The notes below the pieces were generated by a model. It had not been told where the DNA came from. It was given only the letters and a program-made list of their open reading frames with translations, and did no database searches. From the NCBI GenBank assembly GCA_963847705.1, contig CAWKBC010000027.1, forward strand, positions 160,001 to 224,000: a DNA stretch of 64,000 bases. Direction: 5' to 3'. Shown here piece by piece: positions 10,069 through 20,757 of the stretch; the first letter of the stretch is position 1, and each line of letters starts with the position of its first letter. The position numbers were made by a program, and so were the translations under genes. Source of the stretch: an uncultured Pseudomonadota bacterium. Lineage in GTDB: Bacteria > Myxococcota_A > Polyangia > Fen-1088.

Positions 10069-11100
10069 TCAGTTCGTCTCGGTTCCCGTGAGCTCTTCGA
10101 TCGCTCCGCGGATGAAGCGCTCGTCGTCGGGATTCTGGTAAGGGTTGCCGGCGCGGTGGCCCCAGATCGAGGGGATGGGCAGAAGCCGCGCCCCAGGAAT
10201 GGCCGCCGCGTCGGCGGCGCAGTCTTCCGGCGTGAAATAGAGATCGTGGCTGCCCGGCATCACCAGCGTCTTGGCGCGGATCGAGCCGAGGGCCCGCGCC
10301 AGGTCGCCGCCGTGGCGCGGGTTGTCGCCGTGGCGGGGATCAATCGACACGTCGCTCGCCATCCAGGTCCGCAGCATCGCCAGCAGATCGGCGGGGTGGC
10401 GGCGCCGGTAGCTGGCCTCCCAGGCGCGGACCAGATAGTCCTCGAGATCGGCGTACCCCAGCTGCCGATAGAGGCCCTGGCGGTAGAACGCCTGCGACGC
10501 CGCCCAGCTGGCGTAGATGCGGGCGAAGGCCCGGAACCCGCGCTCGGGGGTCGAGGTGAACCTGACGCCGTCCCAGGCGGGGTCGGCCTGCAGCGCGGCC
10601 TCCAGGCTGCGCAGGAAGATCAGATTGTGCGCGGAGGTCCGCGCCGTCCCGCACAGCGCCGCCACGCGCCGCACCCGCCCGGGATGCAGCACCGCCCAGT
10701 GGTAGGCCTGCTGGGCCCCCATCGACCAGCCGTAGACGAGCGCCAGCGTTTCCACGCCGAACAGCTCGCGCAGCAGCCGATCCTGCGCGGCGACGTTGTC
10801 GTGATGGGTGACGGCGAAGGCCGGGCCGGCGGCGTCCGAGTTGCTGGGCGAGGTGGAGAGGCCATTGCCGAACATGTTGGGGATGACCACGAACCAGCGC
10901 CGCGGGTCGAGGATGCCGTCCGGCCGAACCAGCCAGTCGATGTCGGTGTGGTGCGCCCCGAAGGAGGTCGGGTAGAGGACCACGTTGCGGCGATCGGCGG
11001 CCAGCCTCCCGTGGGTGCGGTAGACGAGCCTGGCGTCGCGCAGCACCTGGCCGCTCTGCAGCGCGAACGATCCGAGCTCGAAGGTGGCCCCGTCGCTCAT
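10069..11100 (-). CDS. Alpha/beta hydrolase, homoserine O-acetyltransferase (MetX)-like
   Basis: ATG at 11100 (MSDGATFELG). LVYRTHG, NMFGNGLSTSPSN, nucleophile GWSMG, DLYF and SIWGH. Confidence 0.85.
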   Translation of the reverse strand: MSDGATFELGSFALQSGQVLRDARLVYRTHGRLAADRRNVVLYPTSFGAHHTDIDWLVRPDGILDPRRWFVVIPNMFGNGLSTSPSNSDAAGPAFAVTHHDNVAAQDRLLRELFGVETLALVYGWSMGAQQAYHWAVLHPGRVRRVAALCGTARTSAHNLIFLRSLEAALQADPAWDGVRFTSTPERGFRAFARIYASWAASQAFYRQGLYRQLGYADLEDYLVRAWEASYRRRHPADLLAMLRTWMASDVSIDPRHGDNPRHGGDLARALGSIRAKTLVMPGSHDLYFTPEDCAADAAAIPGARLLPIPSIWGHRAGNPYQNPDDERFIRGAIEELTGTETN

Positions 11101-12053
11101 GATGCCGGCGCCGCCGGCGTCCGCCGGGCGAGGCGCGCGACCAGCTCGACGTGAAATCCCAGGTACCCGGCCCGCGCCACGTGGGTGAGCCGCGGCTCGA
11201 CCGTCTGATGGGCGGCGCGCAGCGCATGGAAAGGGAGCGCCGGATACCAGTGGTGCTCGGCGTGGAACGGCATCTCCCACATGAGAAACCGAACCGGCAG
11301 GATCGTGTACGTGGTGCGCGTGTTCGACTGCGGATCGTCGATGTTGCTGCAGCCCATGTGCTCGGCCAGCAAGATGGCGCGCAGCAAGGGTTGCGCGGCC
11401 GCGACGGGCAGCAGCCAGAAGGTCAGGAACAACGGCCGCCAGAGCGCGACCGAGGCGGCGATGGCCACGCCGTAGACGAGCAGCTGCAGGCGGACCGAGC
11501 GGACGACGGCGGGCCGGGTCTTGTCGTTCAGGAACCCGTAGCCCTCGACGCGCCCGCGCGCGATCGCGGCGTGGGTCCGGAGCTTCCCGATCCACCAGGG
11601 GAGCCCGCTCAGCTCCAGCAGGTAGCTGCCGAGGTCGGTCGGCTTGGGATCCTCCAGCTCCGGGTCCCGCCCCGGGAGCTGCGTGAAGCGGTGATGCCAG
11701 CCGTGGTAGTAGCGGTAAAAGGTGCTGTTGTAGAAGGAGAGCAGCCCGGCGAACCATCCCACGCCGTCGTTGAGCCAGGTGCTCTTGAACGCCGTGCGAT
11801 GAATCGACTCGTGCATCGCCGCGAACATCGTCACCAGCGTGAAGCCGAACAGCACCGCCGCCGGGACCACCAGCAGCCAGCGGCCGCCGCCCCGCAAAAC
11901 GGAGCCGTAGAGCCAGCCGGTGCCGACGATCGCCAGCAGGTGGCCGCCGAGCCGCGCCAGGCCCCGCAGGTCTGAGCGCTGCTGGAGGCTCCGTCGCTGG
12001 TCGGGCGACAGCGGTGAATCGCGGGGGTCCTGCTTGTCGTCTTCCATCGCCAT
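11097..12053 (-). CDS. Membrane diiron desaturase/oxygenase, MocD (rhizopine oxygenase)-like
   Basis: His boxes HESIH, HGWHH and HAEHH, plus the LAEH motif and TM helices. Confidence 0.85.
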   Translation of the reverse strand: MAMEDDKQDPRDSPLSPDQRRSLQQRSDLRGLARLGGHLLAIVGTGWLYGSVLRGGGRWLLVVPAAVLFGFTLVTMFAAMHESIHRTAFKSTWLNDGVGWFAGLLSFYNSTFYRYYHGWHHRFTQLPGRDPELEDPKPTDLGSYLLELSGLPWWIGKLRTHAAIARGRVEGYGFLNDKTRPAVVRSVRLQLLVYGVAIAASVALWRPLFLTFWLLPVAAAQPLLRAILLAEHMGCSNIDDPQSNTRTTYTILPVRFLMWEMPFHAEHHWYPALPFHALRAAHQTVEPRLTHVARAGYLGFHVELVARLARRTPAAPAS

Positions 12054-12350
12054 GCTCGAGCCCGACGCCAAGATCGCGCAGCCAGCTCTGGATGTCACGA
12101 AGCGCGCGGATCCCCGGCCAACCTTTTACTTCAGGGAAACCGGCCGGAAATTACGGGCCCGTCTTCGAATCCGCTTGGACGCCTCCTTGGGCTTTGTTGA
12201 GCGATGGAAACGAAGCCTGCGCCGAGTTGGAAAAGCGCCGGGTCGATGCCGCTGACAAAGAGTTAACGCTCATTCGTCGGCGCGGAAATCGGTTGCGGGC
12301 GTTCGTTCCCCTAGCATCACAGCGAATCCGGACGAGAGGGAGGTTCGAAC

Positions 12351-13742
12351 ATGGATGCGGGCAGTGCTGTGAAATCGACCGAGGAGAACAGCCTCAAGCG
12401 GCACGCCTCGTGGCGCTCCGCTTTCATCATCTCCCTGGGGGGCTCCTTGCTGGTTGCCGTCTCGCTCGGGCCCATGGCCGCCGACCTGGGCCCTGCCTCG
12501 GTGGTGGTCTGGACGATCACCGCGCTCGTGGGGCTGGTCCAGTGCCTGCTCATCACCGAGCTGGCCGGGATGTTCCCGCACAAGGCGGGAGGCACGGCGA
12601 CCTACACCCATGAAGCCTTCAGAGACAAACCGCTGCTGGGCGCCTTCTCGAACTGGGGCTACTGGCTCGGGTGGCTGCCGGTCATCCCCGTCAACCTGAT
12701 CCTCGCCGCTGGTTATCTCAACGCGACGATCCTGCCGCACACCGGTGTCCTGACGATTGCGCTGGTGCTGGGAGCGGCGATGTACGCCCTCAACTACTTT
12801 GGCTTGCGGCCCGGCGTGTGGTCGTCCGCCGTGGTGGCCGTGTGCGCCTTCGTCCCCCTGGCCATCATCGCCTTTTCACCCGTCTTCAAGCCCGCGCTGT
12901 TCCACGCGGAGTTCGTGTTCCCGATGCGTCCCCTCGGTGGCTCCTGGGTGTCGGGCGCCTCGTGGCTGCTGGTGATCAAGTGGATGTTCGTGGCCGTCTG
13001 GTCGTCTTACGCGTTCGAGTCCGCCTCGAGCGTGGTGGCCGAGCTCAAGGATCCGCACAAGGAAGCGCCGCGCGCCATCACCGCTGCCGCCGTGGTGGGC
13101 GTGCTGGTGTACGGGTTGGTGCCCTTCATGCTCCTCAGCATCGTGGGCACGGACGCGCTGGCCAAGGATCCGATGGTCGCTTTTCTTCCAGCGGCCAAGG
13201 CGATCTTCGGTGACACCGGCGCGGCCATCGTGGCGATCATGTTGATCGCGGCGCTCTTGCTGGGCGTCATGACCGCGATCATCGGCTCATCGCGGACGGT
13301 CTACGAGATGTCGCGTGACGGGTTGACCCTTCATCAGTTCGCCCGGCTGAACAAGCACGGCGTCCCGGTGGGTTCGATGTACTGGGATGCGGCGGTGACC
13401 CTGACGTTGTTGCTCGTCTTCAAGGACAACGTCGTCAACATCGTGGCCGCCTCGAACGTTGGGTACATCATTCCGTTCATCCTGATCCCGATCGCCTACG
13501 TGCGGCTGCGGCGCCTGCTGCCGGACTTTCAGCGCCCGTTCAAGCTGGCTCCGATCTTTGCGACCGCCGCCCTCGTCATCGCGGCCTACAACGCCTTCTT
13601 GCTGGCGGTCGGCGGTCCACTGTGGGGCGGGAAGGTGATGCTCACCGGCGGCGTCATCATGCTCACCTTCGTGCCGTTCTACGCCATACGTCGAAGCCGG
13701 GATCGGCGTCGACAGGTGGCCACGGCGGCCGCGACAGCCTGA
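12351..13742 (+). CDS. APC-family amino acid/amine permease
   Basis: About 12 TM helices, ELAGMFPHKAGG, AFESASSVVAELKDP and RPFKL. SD GAGGGAGG upstream. Confidence 0.9.
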   Translation: MDAGSAVKSTEENSLKRHASWRSAFIISLGGSLLVAVSLGPMAADLGPASVVVWTITALVGLVQCLLITELAGMFPHKAGGTATYTHEAFRDKPLLGAFSNWGYWLGWLPVIPVNLILAAGYLNATILPHTGVLTIALVLGAAMYALNYFGLRPGVWSSAVVAVCAFVPLAIIAFSPVFKPALFHAEFVFPMRPLGGSWVSGASWLLVIKWMFVAVWSSYAFESASSVVAELKDPHKEAPRAITAAAVVGVLVYGLVPFMLLSIVGTDALAKDPMVAFLPAAKAIFGDTGAAIVAIMLIAALLLGVMTAIIGSSRTVYEMSRDGLTLHQFARLNKHGVPVGSMYWDAAVTLTLLLVFKDNVVNIVAASNVGYIIPFILIPIAYVRLRRLLPDFQRPFKLAPIFATAALVIAAYNAFLLAVGGPLWGGKVMLTGGVIMLTFVPFYAIRRSRDRRRQVATAAATA

Positions 13743-14138
13743 GCTCGTCGCAGAGCGGCTTGGTGGGGGGCCTCCCTCACCCCTGCGCCGGCTCCACGAT
13801 TCGCCAGTGCCGTCCGCCGAAGCTCTCCGGCGTCCGCTCGTCTTCACGCCCGTCGGCGAACGGGCCCGTGAGCCAGAGAGCACGTACCCAGCCGCGGGCG
13901 CTGATGCTGGTGATGACGACCATACCTTGCGGACCGACACGAACCTGACCGACCTTGAGCGCGCCCATCACTTCAATACTCGGCGGCGTTCGAGCGGTTC
14001 TGAACCTGGCCGGTCCGACATTCGGATCGCTGTCGGCGGTCCCCGCCGGCGCCTCCCGCAGGCGCGGAATGGAAAGAGGTCCAGGTCACCCGTTGTGGGG
14101 CCACCTGGACCTCTCCCGTCAGGCGGCGAACGCCGCGC

Positions 14139-15620
14139 TCAGAGCAGCGGCGGCACCGCGTTCTGCGCCAGCTGCAGCGCCTGCTGCGAGAACCAGAGGC
14201 CGGCGGCCGGGTCGACCAAGCCCCAGAGCGGGTCGAAGGTGCTCTGCGCGGCGCCCGTGACGTTCCAGGGATTGTACTGCGTGTAGTCCCAATCGCGTGC
14301 GCCGCCGGTGATGGCGCAGCTCCCGTCGGATTCTCCCGGCGTCTTCACCCACAGATAGGCGTCGAGCAGCGGCACGCCGGTGTTCGCCGTCGGACGCAGC
14401 CCGAGGCCGGCGCCGGGCGGGTTGCACCAGTTGCCCGTGTTGAGGGCGGTGATGACGTTCGCCGGCTGATCGTAGGGCGCCGCGGAGTACGGAGCGACGT
14501 CGAGCGGGCCATGACCGTTGCGGCTCGTGTCGATGATGAAGTGCGTGGTGGCCGTGGTCGTGCCCAGCATGTTCGCGTAGCGCAGGTTGATGGCCGAGGT
14601 GTTCAGCTCCTGGGTGGTGGAGGTGTCACTCCACGCGCCGTTCGGATCGAGCGCGACACCGTTCCACTCGCCGAAAAGCTGAGCGTCCAGGGAGGGGAGG
14701 GGGCCGCCGTTCCAGTATTCGTTCGGGCAGTCGCCGAAGTCGCCGGGGTTGACCGAGGTGGCATACGCCAGGCACTCCGAGATCCAGGTGCCGAACTGAA
14801 CGAGGTTGGGCGAGAACTGGTAGTTCGAGAGGTTGATGAAGAAGCCCTGCGCCCGCTGGACCCCCGCCTTGGAGAGGCGTCCCGAGGCTTCGCCCACGTT
14901 GAGCCAGGCGCTGTGCGTACCGTCGAGGTAGACCGAAGCGGCCGGCGCGCGCGACACGAGCGAGCTGACCGCGTAAGTGAGCTGCGCGTAGCGGTTCGCC
15001 TCGGTGGCGTTGGGGTCGGTCGAGGTGCAGCTGCCGTCCGCCGATCCGTCGATGTTCGCCGCGTTGGGGATGAGCCCGAGGCTGTCAGGCTCGAGGATCA
15101 CGACCGCCTGGCGATTGCCGATCCCGGCTGCGAAGGCGTCGATCCACGCCTCATAGGAGGGGGTGTCGAGCGCGCCCCCGGCCGAGAGGCCCCCGCAGTC
15201 GCGGTAGGGGATGTCGTAGGCGACCAGGGTCGGCACCGTGTTGGTAAGCGTCGCTTCACTCATCGTCTTGTGGACGGCGACCTGCACCTGGGCGGGCGTG
15301 CCGCTGGTGAACCAGACGGCCTGCGGCGTCGCCTCCATGAGGCCGAGCCGGAGAGTGTCCAGGAGATCGCGTCCCTTGAGCTCTCCGGCGATCTGCTTGA
15401 CCGCGTCCGGATCCGGCGTGCGGATCAGGAAGTGAGTGTTCGGTGCCAGCGTCCGCGACGGCGGTGCCTTCGAAGCCGGCGTGACCGCCGCAGCCGGGAC
15501 CGGCGTCGCCTCGGACGTTCCGGGCGTTCCCGGCGTTCCGGGCGTCGAATCTTCCGCGCACCCGAAGCCCACCGCTGCTCCACCCACGAGGACGGCCCAC
15601 AACCATGTCTGCTTTCTCAT
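14139..15620 (-). CDS. Glycoside hydrolase family 6 (cellulase) lipoprotein
   Basis: YDIPYRDCG, ILEPDSL, YLDGTHSAWL, FIIDTSRNG, WCNPPGAGLG, WVKTPGESDG; lipobox GFGC. Confidence 0.92.
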   Translation of the reverse strand: MRKQTWLWAVLVGGAAVGFGCAEDSTPGTPGTPGTSEATPVPAAAVTPASKAPPSRTLAPNTHFLIRTPDPDAVKQIAGELKGRDLLDTLRLGLMEATPQAVWFTSGTPAQVQVAVHKTMSEATLTNTVPTLVAYDIPYRDCGGLSAGGALDTPSYEAWIDAFAAGIGNRQAVVILEPDSLGLIPNAANIDGSADGSCTSTDPNATEANRYAQLTYAVSSLVSRAPAASVYLDGTHSAWLNVGEASGRLSKAGVQRAQGFFINLSNYQFSPNLVQFGTWISECLAYATSVNPGDFGDCPNEYWNGGPLPSLDAQLFGEWNGVALDPNGAWSDTSTTQELNTSAINLRYANMLGTTTATTHFIIDTSRNGHGPLDVAPYSAAPYDQPANVITALNTGNWCNPPGAGLGLRPTANTGVPLLDAYLWVKTPGESDGSCAITGGARDWDYTQYNPWNVTGAAQSTFDPLWGLVDPAAGLWFSQQALQLAQNAVPPLL

Positions 15621-15747
15621 TCTCTTTTCTCCCCTTGTTTGCCGGCGGCGCGTGAAACAAAGAAGCAGGCTCGCCCGCCCGTTCTCGCCCCCGAGCTCTC
15701 TCTCAAAGCCCCACGTTCACGGACGGGCGAGCCTCGGCGGCACAACA

Positions 15748-15763
15748 AGCAACCGACGTGCCG
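15748..15763 (-). promoter_or_regulatory. Sigma54 -24/-12 promoter for the GH6 gene
   Basis: Minus strand reads CGGCACGTCGGTTGCT, which matches YGGCACG-N4-TTGC, about 130 nt upstream of the ATG at 15620. Confidence 0.65.
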
Positions 15764-16077
15764 CCGCCGCGGTTCAAGGAAAGCGCCACATTTCGCGGAA
15801 AATGGCTGGCGGGGCGGATGCGGGCGACTGTCCGATCAGTGATCGGGTGATCGCCGATCACGGAGGCCGGGAATGAGGGCGTTCCAGGAACGTTTTGACC
15901 GGACGGCGGCGATATACGAAGGCAAGCGGCGGCAAAACGCCGCGGAATCTCGGTCGGTGCTCACGGGAGCTGCCGAAACGCTTCAGTCGAACACCCAGCC
16001 CAGTCGAAACAACGTGATCGTGAGACTGTTTCCGGCGACGGTCGACGACCGGATGAAAGGAGGATCGTCGCGCGCGC

Positions 16078-16950
16078 TCACCGCATCGCGTACAGATCGT
16101 AGGCGTAGATGAGCTCCCTCATCCGCACCTCGCCGATACCAGCGCACTGCAGTCGGTTGAGCCAAAGGTAATCAGGATGGGCTGTCTCGATCCGGGGAGC
16201 GGTGCGCGTCGGTGCGATGGCCGGCCACCGCTTGGCGAGGAAGTTCTCATACCCGTTCTCACCGAAGTCGCAAGACCCCTGGTAGCTGGCAAAGAGAATC
16301 GCGCCCTCTTCCGTTTCGACGGTGGCGCGCACGTTCATCACGCCGATGCCGTCGCGTCGGATGATCATCCAATCGCCTCCGTCTTTGCGCACCTTTGCCC
16401 GGGCCTTGAGGCCAGTGACAGAGCCCTCGTTGGGGCTCCAAAACCAGTTGACCATGAGTCCGCCGGGCGTGACGCCCACGATTTCTGGCTCTCGCAGCGG
16501 AACGCGGATCGACGCGAGGTACTCGAGGTTGGGCGACGTTCGGTCGGAGCGGCGCCTGGGCGGAACGTTCTCGACCTCGGAGGGGAGAGAGGGGCTGGCC
16601 AGCTGAAATGAGGAGGGAAGGGAGGCAGCGGTGGCAGGATCCGGAGCGCTACGCCCCGCACAGCTGACGACGGCAACATAGCTCACGCGCTCGCCGGCCA
16701 GGAACTCAGGCAAGGTCACCCGATGATATTCGAACCCTCGGTCGAAATCGGTCCGCACCCGAAACCCCCGGGCGGATTTGACCAATCCCTGGTCGACCCG
16801 GTACCGCAACGTGAGGACGTTGCTCGGGCTCGGGGGTTGGATTCCCACAGTCACCGAGACTCCCTGGCGAGGCTGCGTGGAAGAATCGACAGGCGCGGGC
16901 GCGTCGTCGGTTCCGTACCAGAGCGTCAGCCCTTCGTTTGTGAAACGCAC
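16078..16950 (-). CDS. DUF3237-domain protein with an N-terminal beta-sandwich extension
   Basis: C-terminal GGDWMIIRRDG..MNVRATVETEEGA..YQG..RTAPRIETAHPDYLWLN is the DUF3237 signature. Confidence 0.8.
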   Translation of the reverse strand: MRFTNEGLTLWYGTDDAPAPVDSSTQPRQGVSVTVGIQPPSPSNVLTLRYRVDQGLVKSARGFRVRTDFDRGFEYHRVTLPEFLAGERVSYVAVVSCAGRSAPDPATAASLPSSFQLASPSLPSEVENVPPRRRSDRTSPNLEYLASIRVPLREPEIVGVTPGGLMVNWFWSPNEGSVTGLKARAKVRKDGGDWMIIRRDGIGVMNVRATVETEEGAILFASYQGSCDFGENGYENFLAKRWPAIAPTRTAPRIETAHPDYLWLNRLQCAGIGEVRMRELIYAYDLYAMR

Positions 16951-16961
16951 GACCGCTCTTC

Positions 16962-19900
16962 CTAGGCCCGCGCGACGGATGCGCCGTCGGCCTCATGTGT
17001 CGAAGGCGGTGTCCCGCCCAGTCGATCGATCAGCTCGCGCGCCGCCCGAAGATCCGGCGTCGAGAAGCCCTCGGTGAAGGAGGCGTAACAGTCGGTCACC
17101 AGACTGCGTGCCGCTTCGCCGCGCCCCGTCCGTTCCCACAGCCGCGCGAGACTCGTCGTCGCCCGCAGCTCCAACATCCGCGCATTCTGATCGCGCGCCA
17201 GGAGGCGCGCGCGAGAGAAGCACACCTCGCCCTCCTCGGTCTGTTCGCGCTCGAGGAGGATCTCGCCCTTGAGTCGGTGGATCTCGGGGGCGAAGTGCAG
17301 TTCTTCCCGGGCCTCCGCCTCACTGATTTCCGCGTCGAGCGTGGCGAGCGCTTCGTCCCGGCGCCCTGTCTTCCAGAGCGAGCGGCCGAGCATCGCCATC
17401 GCGATGGTTTGGTTCAGATAGCTCCCTGTGGCCTGCCAGGCCTTGATGCCCTTTCGAATCTCGTCGATTCCCTCGTGATCTCCGCACCGCTCGACGAGCG
17501 CCCAGCCGTGGAAGATCATGGCGAAAGGAGTCCAGATCTCGAAGCTCTCCTGCTTGGCCAGACGCAGGAGATCCTCCGCGGTCTTTGCCGCCCCGTCGAC
17601 GTCGAGGTTGTAGGCACGAAGGAGAAGGCTCGCAGCGAGAGCAAACGCTTCGCTCGGATGATGCCCGAGCGTGCGTGTCAAGGCGACGCCCGATTCCACC
17701 AATGCCGGTGCCTGATCTGGATAGCCCAGCATCCAGAGACTCGAGCCGAGCATGATCCGCAGAGCCACCGACGACGAGAACTGAAAGTTGCGAACGATCT
17801 GGCGTTCGATCGCGAGATCGAACAAGAGCTGCGCCTGCTCCGCGTGCTCGCGGACCTGGAGAAACTCGCCACGATAGAAGTGACTGTAGCCCACGGCGTG
17901 GTGAGCCATCACGCGGAGCATGGGCTCCCCGCTGGCCTCGGCGAGGCGCAGCACCTCTCGGCCGGTCCCCAGCGCCTCGCGCAGTCTTCCGCGCAGGAAG
18001 TTGTTGGTCCAGAGCCCCCACCGGGAGCCGTAGGTGCTGGGAAAATCGTCGAGGAGGTCGCCGAGCTCCCGCACCCGTTTGCACGTCGCCTCGACCTCGC
18101 CCGATGCCCACCCCTTGATCGCCATGAATGCTGGAAAAAGCCCGTTCTGCAGCGCCAGCTCGCGCTCGTTCCTATCGCGGCTGAGAGGGAAGGTCATCAC
18201 GAGTCTCAGCGCGCGCTCGAAGTGTGCGATCGCCTCGCTGTTGGCGGCGCGGTCGAGCGCACGCCAGGCCGCGCGTTGCCAGTAAGCGATCGCCTCCTCG
18301 TACTGTCCCGCCTCCGTGTAATGGTGGGCGACCAGCTCGGGCTGCTTCTCGAGGACGTCGGGAAAACGCAGTCGCAGGACGTCGGCGATACGCCGGTGCT
18401 GCTCCTGCCGCGTGCTCTTGAGCATGGCTTCGTATGCCGCGTCCTGGATGAGGGCGTGCTTGAAAACGTAGCGTGAATTGGGGGGCATCCCCGATTGGTA
18501 GAGCATCTCGGCGTCGATGAGCTGACTCAACGCCCGGTCGAGAGCGCCGCCTTCGATCCCCGAGACCGCGCTCAAGATCTCGTATGAAAAATCTCGTCCG
18601 AGCACGGCGCCGATCTGCGCGACCATTTTGGTCGCGCCGAGTCGGTCGAGCCGGGCCGTCAGCGAACCCCGCAAGGTGGCAGGAATGGTGAGGACCGGCG
18701 CCTTCCCCGTGAGCTCACCCGAGCGCGCCAGGCCAGATTCACGAACGAGCTTGCTCAGCTCCTCGATGAACAGGGGGTTGCCGTCCGCACGGGCCAGAAC
18801 CTGTTGCAGCAAGTTCTCCGACAGGAGCTCGCCACCGGCGGCCCAGCGTGCAATGCGAGCCGACGAGTGTCGATCGAGGGGGATGAGCTTCTGCGGCGTG
18901 ACATAGTCGAGCCCACTCCACCAGTCTGGCAGGGCGAATTCGTGTGGCCGGAAGGTCAGCACCGCGAGGATTCGCGCGCCGCGGATGCTGTTGAGCAAGA
19001 GATCGAGCAGCTCCACTGTCGAGGGATCGGCCCAGTGGAGATCCTCGAGAATGAACAGCACGGGTTTCTGGGCGGCCCGGTTCAGCAGGACGCGAAGGAG
19101 CGCCTTTTTGATCTGCAGCTTCTCTCGTTCGGGCTCTCGTTGCTCGCTGGGCTCCGAGGGCAATGACAGCAGTCTGGCGAAGAGCGGCAGATTCCCCTCG
19201 AGCGACAGGTCATTTTGTTTGAGCCAGTCTCCGAGCTTTCGCAGCTTTTCGTCCGTTTCGGTATGGGCGCCGAGCTGCAGGATCACCCGCTCCAGCAGAT
19301 CGACGATCGGGTGAAAGGACGAGTTCCGCGCGTGGGAAGAGGCTTGGCAAGGGGTGAGCCAATGGGTCGGATCTTGCGACAAAATGTGCTCGCTCAGGGC
19401 ACGGACCAGGCGCGATTTTCCGATCCCGGGCTCGCCACCCAGGAGGACGACCTGTCCCTGTCCGTTCTGGGCCTTCTCCCAGCGGTCCCGGAGAAGGTGC
19501 ATCTCGGCCTCGCGGCCGGCCAACGGCGTCAATCCAGCAGCGCTCACCGCTTCGAGTCGCGAGCGCTTGGCGTTCTCGCCGAGCACCTCGTAGACACCGG
19601 TCGCCTGGCCAATGCCCTTGAGCTCGCGCTTGCCGAGGTCGCGCGTGACGAAATAGCCGTCGACCAAGTTGTATGTGCTCTGAGTAATCACGACCGTGTC
19701 GGGGGCGGCCACGTCCTTCAGTCGGGATGCCAGGTTCGGCGGTTCGCCGATGGCGAGAAACTCCTGTCGTTCTCCCGCGCCGACGCCACCAAAGACGACC
19801 AGACCGGTGTCGATCCCGATGCGGGCCGAGAGGGTCACGCCGCGATCGCGTTGCAACTCGGGATTGAGATGGCCAATGGCCTCGAGAATCCCGAGCCCTG

Positions 19901-20360
19901 CACGAACCGCGCGCCAGGAATCGTCTTCGTGGGCCTCGGGACAACCGAAGTAGGCCAGCAGTCCGTCACCGAGAGGCTGGGCCAAGTACCCGTCGAACCG
20001 AGCGATCACCGCGGCCCCCATCTCATGGTAGGTCTGCAGGATGTTCATCAGGTCCTCGGGATCGAGGCGGCTCGCCAGCTTGGCCGATCCCACGAGGTCA
20101 CAGAACAAGACGGCCGCCTGACGGTGCTCGGCGCGTCCGCCGTTGGAGCTCCTATGACCGCGTCGGAGCGGGCTGGGCTCCGCCCGCGGTCGAAGACCTT
20201 CTTCGTCGCCTCCTGTGCGAGCGCCGCAGTCGGAGCAGAAGTTCGCGCGCGCGGGGAGCTCTACACCACAGCTCGCGCAGTGCGCTGCCAGGGGTGTTCC
20301 GCAGTCGATGCAGAAGTGTGCCCGCGGAGCATTCTCGGCGTGACACCTTTGGCAGACCAT
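16962..20360 (-). CDS. Double zinc ribbon - class III adenylate/guanylate cyclase - AAA ATPase - TPR protein
   Basis: CxxC pairs, [21 protein letters not shown], Walker [35 protein letters not shown] and terminal [10 protein letters not shown]. Likely start MVCQRCH. Confidence 0.92.
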   Translation of the reverse strand: MVCQRCHAENAPRAHFCIDCGTPLAAHCASCGVELPARANFCSDCGARTGGDEEGLRPRAEPSPLRRGHRSSNGGRAEHRQAAVLFCDLVGSAKLASRLDPEDLMNILQTYHEMGAAVIARFDGYLAQPLGDGLLAYFGCPEAHEDDSWRAVRAGLGILEAIGHLNPELQRDRGVTLSARIGIDTGLVVFGGVGAGERQEFLAIGEPPNLASRLKDVAAPDTVVITQSTYNLVDGYFVTRDLGKRELKGIGQATGVYEVLGENAKRSRLEAVSAAGLTPLAGREAEMHLLRDRWEKAQNGQGQVVLLGGEPGIGKSRLVRALSEHILSQDPTHWLTPCQASSHARNSSFHPIVDLLERVILQLGAHTETDEKLRKLGDWLKQNDLSLEGNLPLFARLLSLPSEPSEQREPEREKLQIKKALLRVLLNRAAQKPVLFILEDLHWADPSTVELLDLLLNSIRGARILAVLTFRPHEFALPDWWSGLDYVTPQKLIPLDRHSSARIARWAAGGELLSENLLQQVLARADGNPLFIEELSKLVRESGLARSGELTGKAPVLTIPATLRGSLTARLDRLGATKMVAQIGAVLGRDFSYEILSAVSGIEGGALDRALSQLIDAEMLYQSGMPPNSRYVFKHALIQDAAYEAMLKSTRQEQHRRIADVLRLRFPDVLEKQPELVAHHYTEAGQYEEAIAYWQRAAWRALDRAANSEAIAHFERALRLVMTFPLSRDRNERELALQNGLFPAFMAIKGWASGEVEATCKRVRELGDLLDDFPSTYGSRWGLWTNNFLRGRLREALGTGREVLRLAEASGEPMLRVMAHHAVGYSHFYRGEFLQVREHAEQAQLLFDLAIERQIVRNFQFSSSVALRIMLGSSLWMLGYPDQAPALVESGVALTRTLGHHPSEAFALAASLLLRAYNLDVDGAAKTAEDLLRLAKQESFEIWTPFAMIFHGWALVERCGDHEGIDEIRKGIKAWQATGSYLNQTIAMAMLGRSLWKTGRRDEALATLDAEISEAEAREELHFAPEIHRLKGEILLEREQTEEGEVCFSRARLLARDQNARMLELRATTSLARLWERTGRGEAARSLVTDCYASFTEGFSTPDLRAARELIDRLGGTPPSTHEADGASVARA

Positions 20361-20757
20361 TCGGAAACCTCCCGGAGTCGACTGGCGACGACCACCGCCC
20401 CTGTTGTCAGTCCAACCAGATTCGACTCGACATGTATCACGGAATATCGGCGTCTCATAGACAGTCGCCGGCCCCTCCCTGAGAAAGGAGCCTCCATCGA
20501 ATTCAGGCGGTTCCCGGTGGTGATCGCCAATACGCCGCCGTACGGCTTCCAAATGCGAGTTGGTGGAATGTGACAACAAGAGAATGAAATAACGGAATAG
20601 GTTCGCGGTCGATCGTTCGATATCGACAAGCCGTGATGCCTTATGCCACTATCGCGTCGCCAACGCTGAGAGACAGACAGCCGTTTCCCGGGGGGGTGAG
20701 ATTGGATCGGTCGGTTCGCGTCGTCGCGCGTTTGACCTCGCTCTCGCGTGGACGCTG

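Noticed and set aside
12100-12350. Riboswitch or sigma54 promoter upstream of the APC permease
   Set aside because: No recognisable aptamer consensus, and the GG-N10-GC spacing does not fit. An Rfam scan would be needed.
13760-14120. Possible saccharopine dehydrogenase remnant (LGGVRAVLNLAGP)
   Set aside because: Only a short motif with no supporting ORF.
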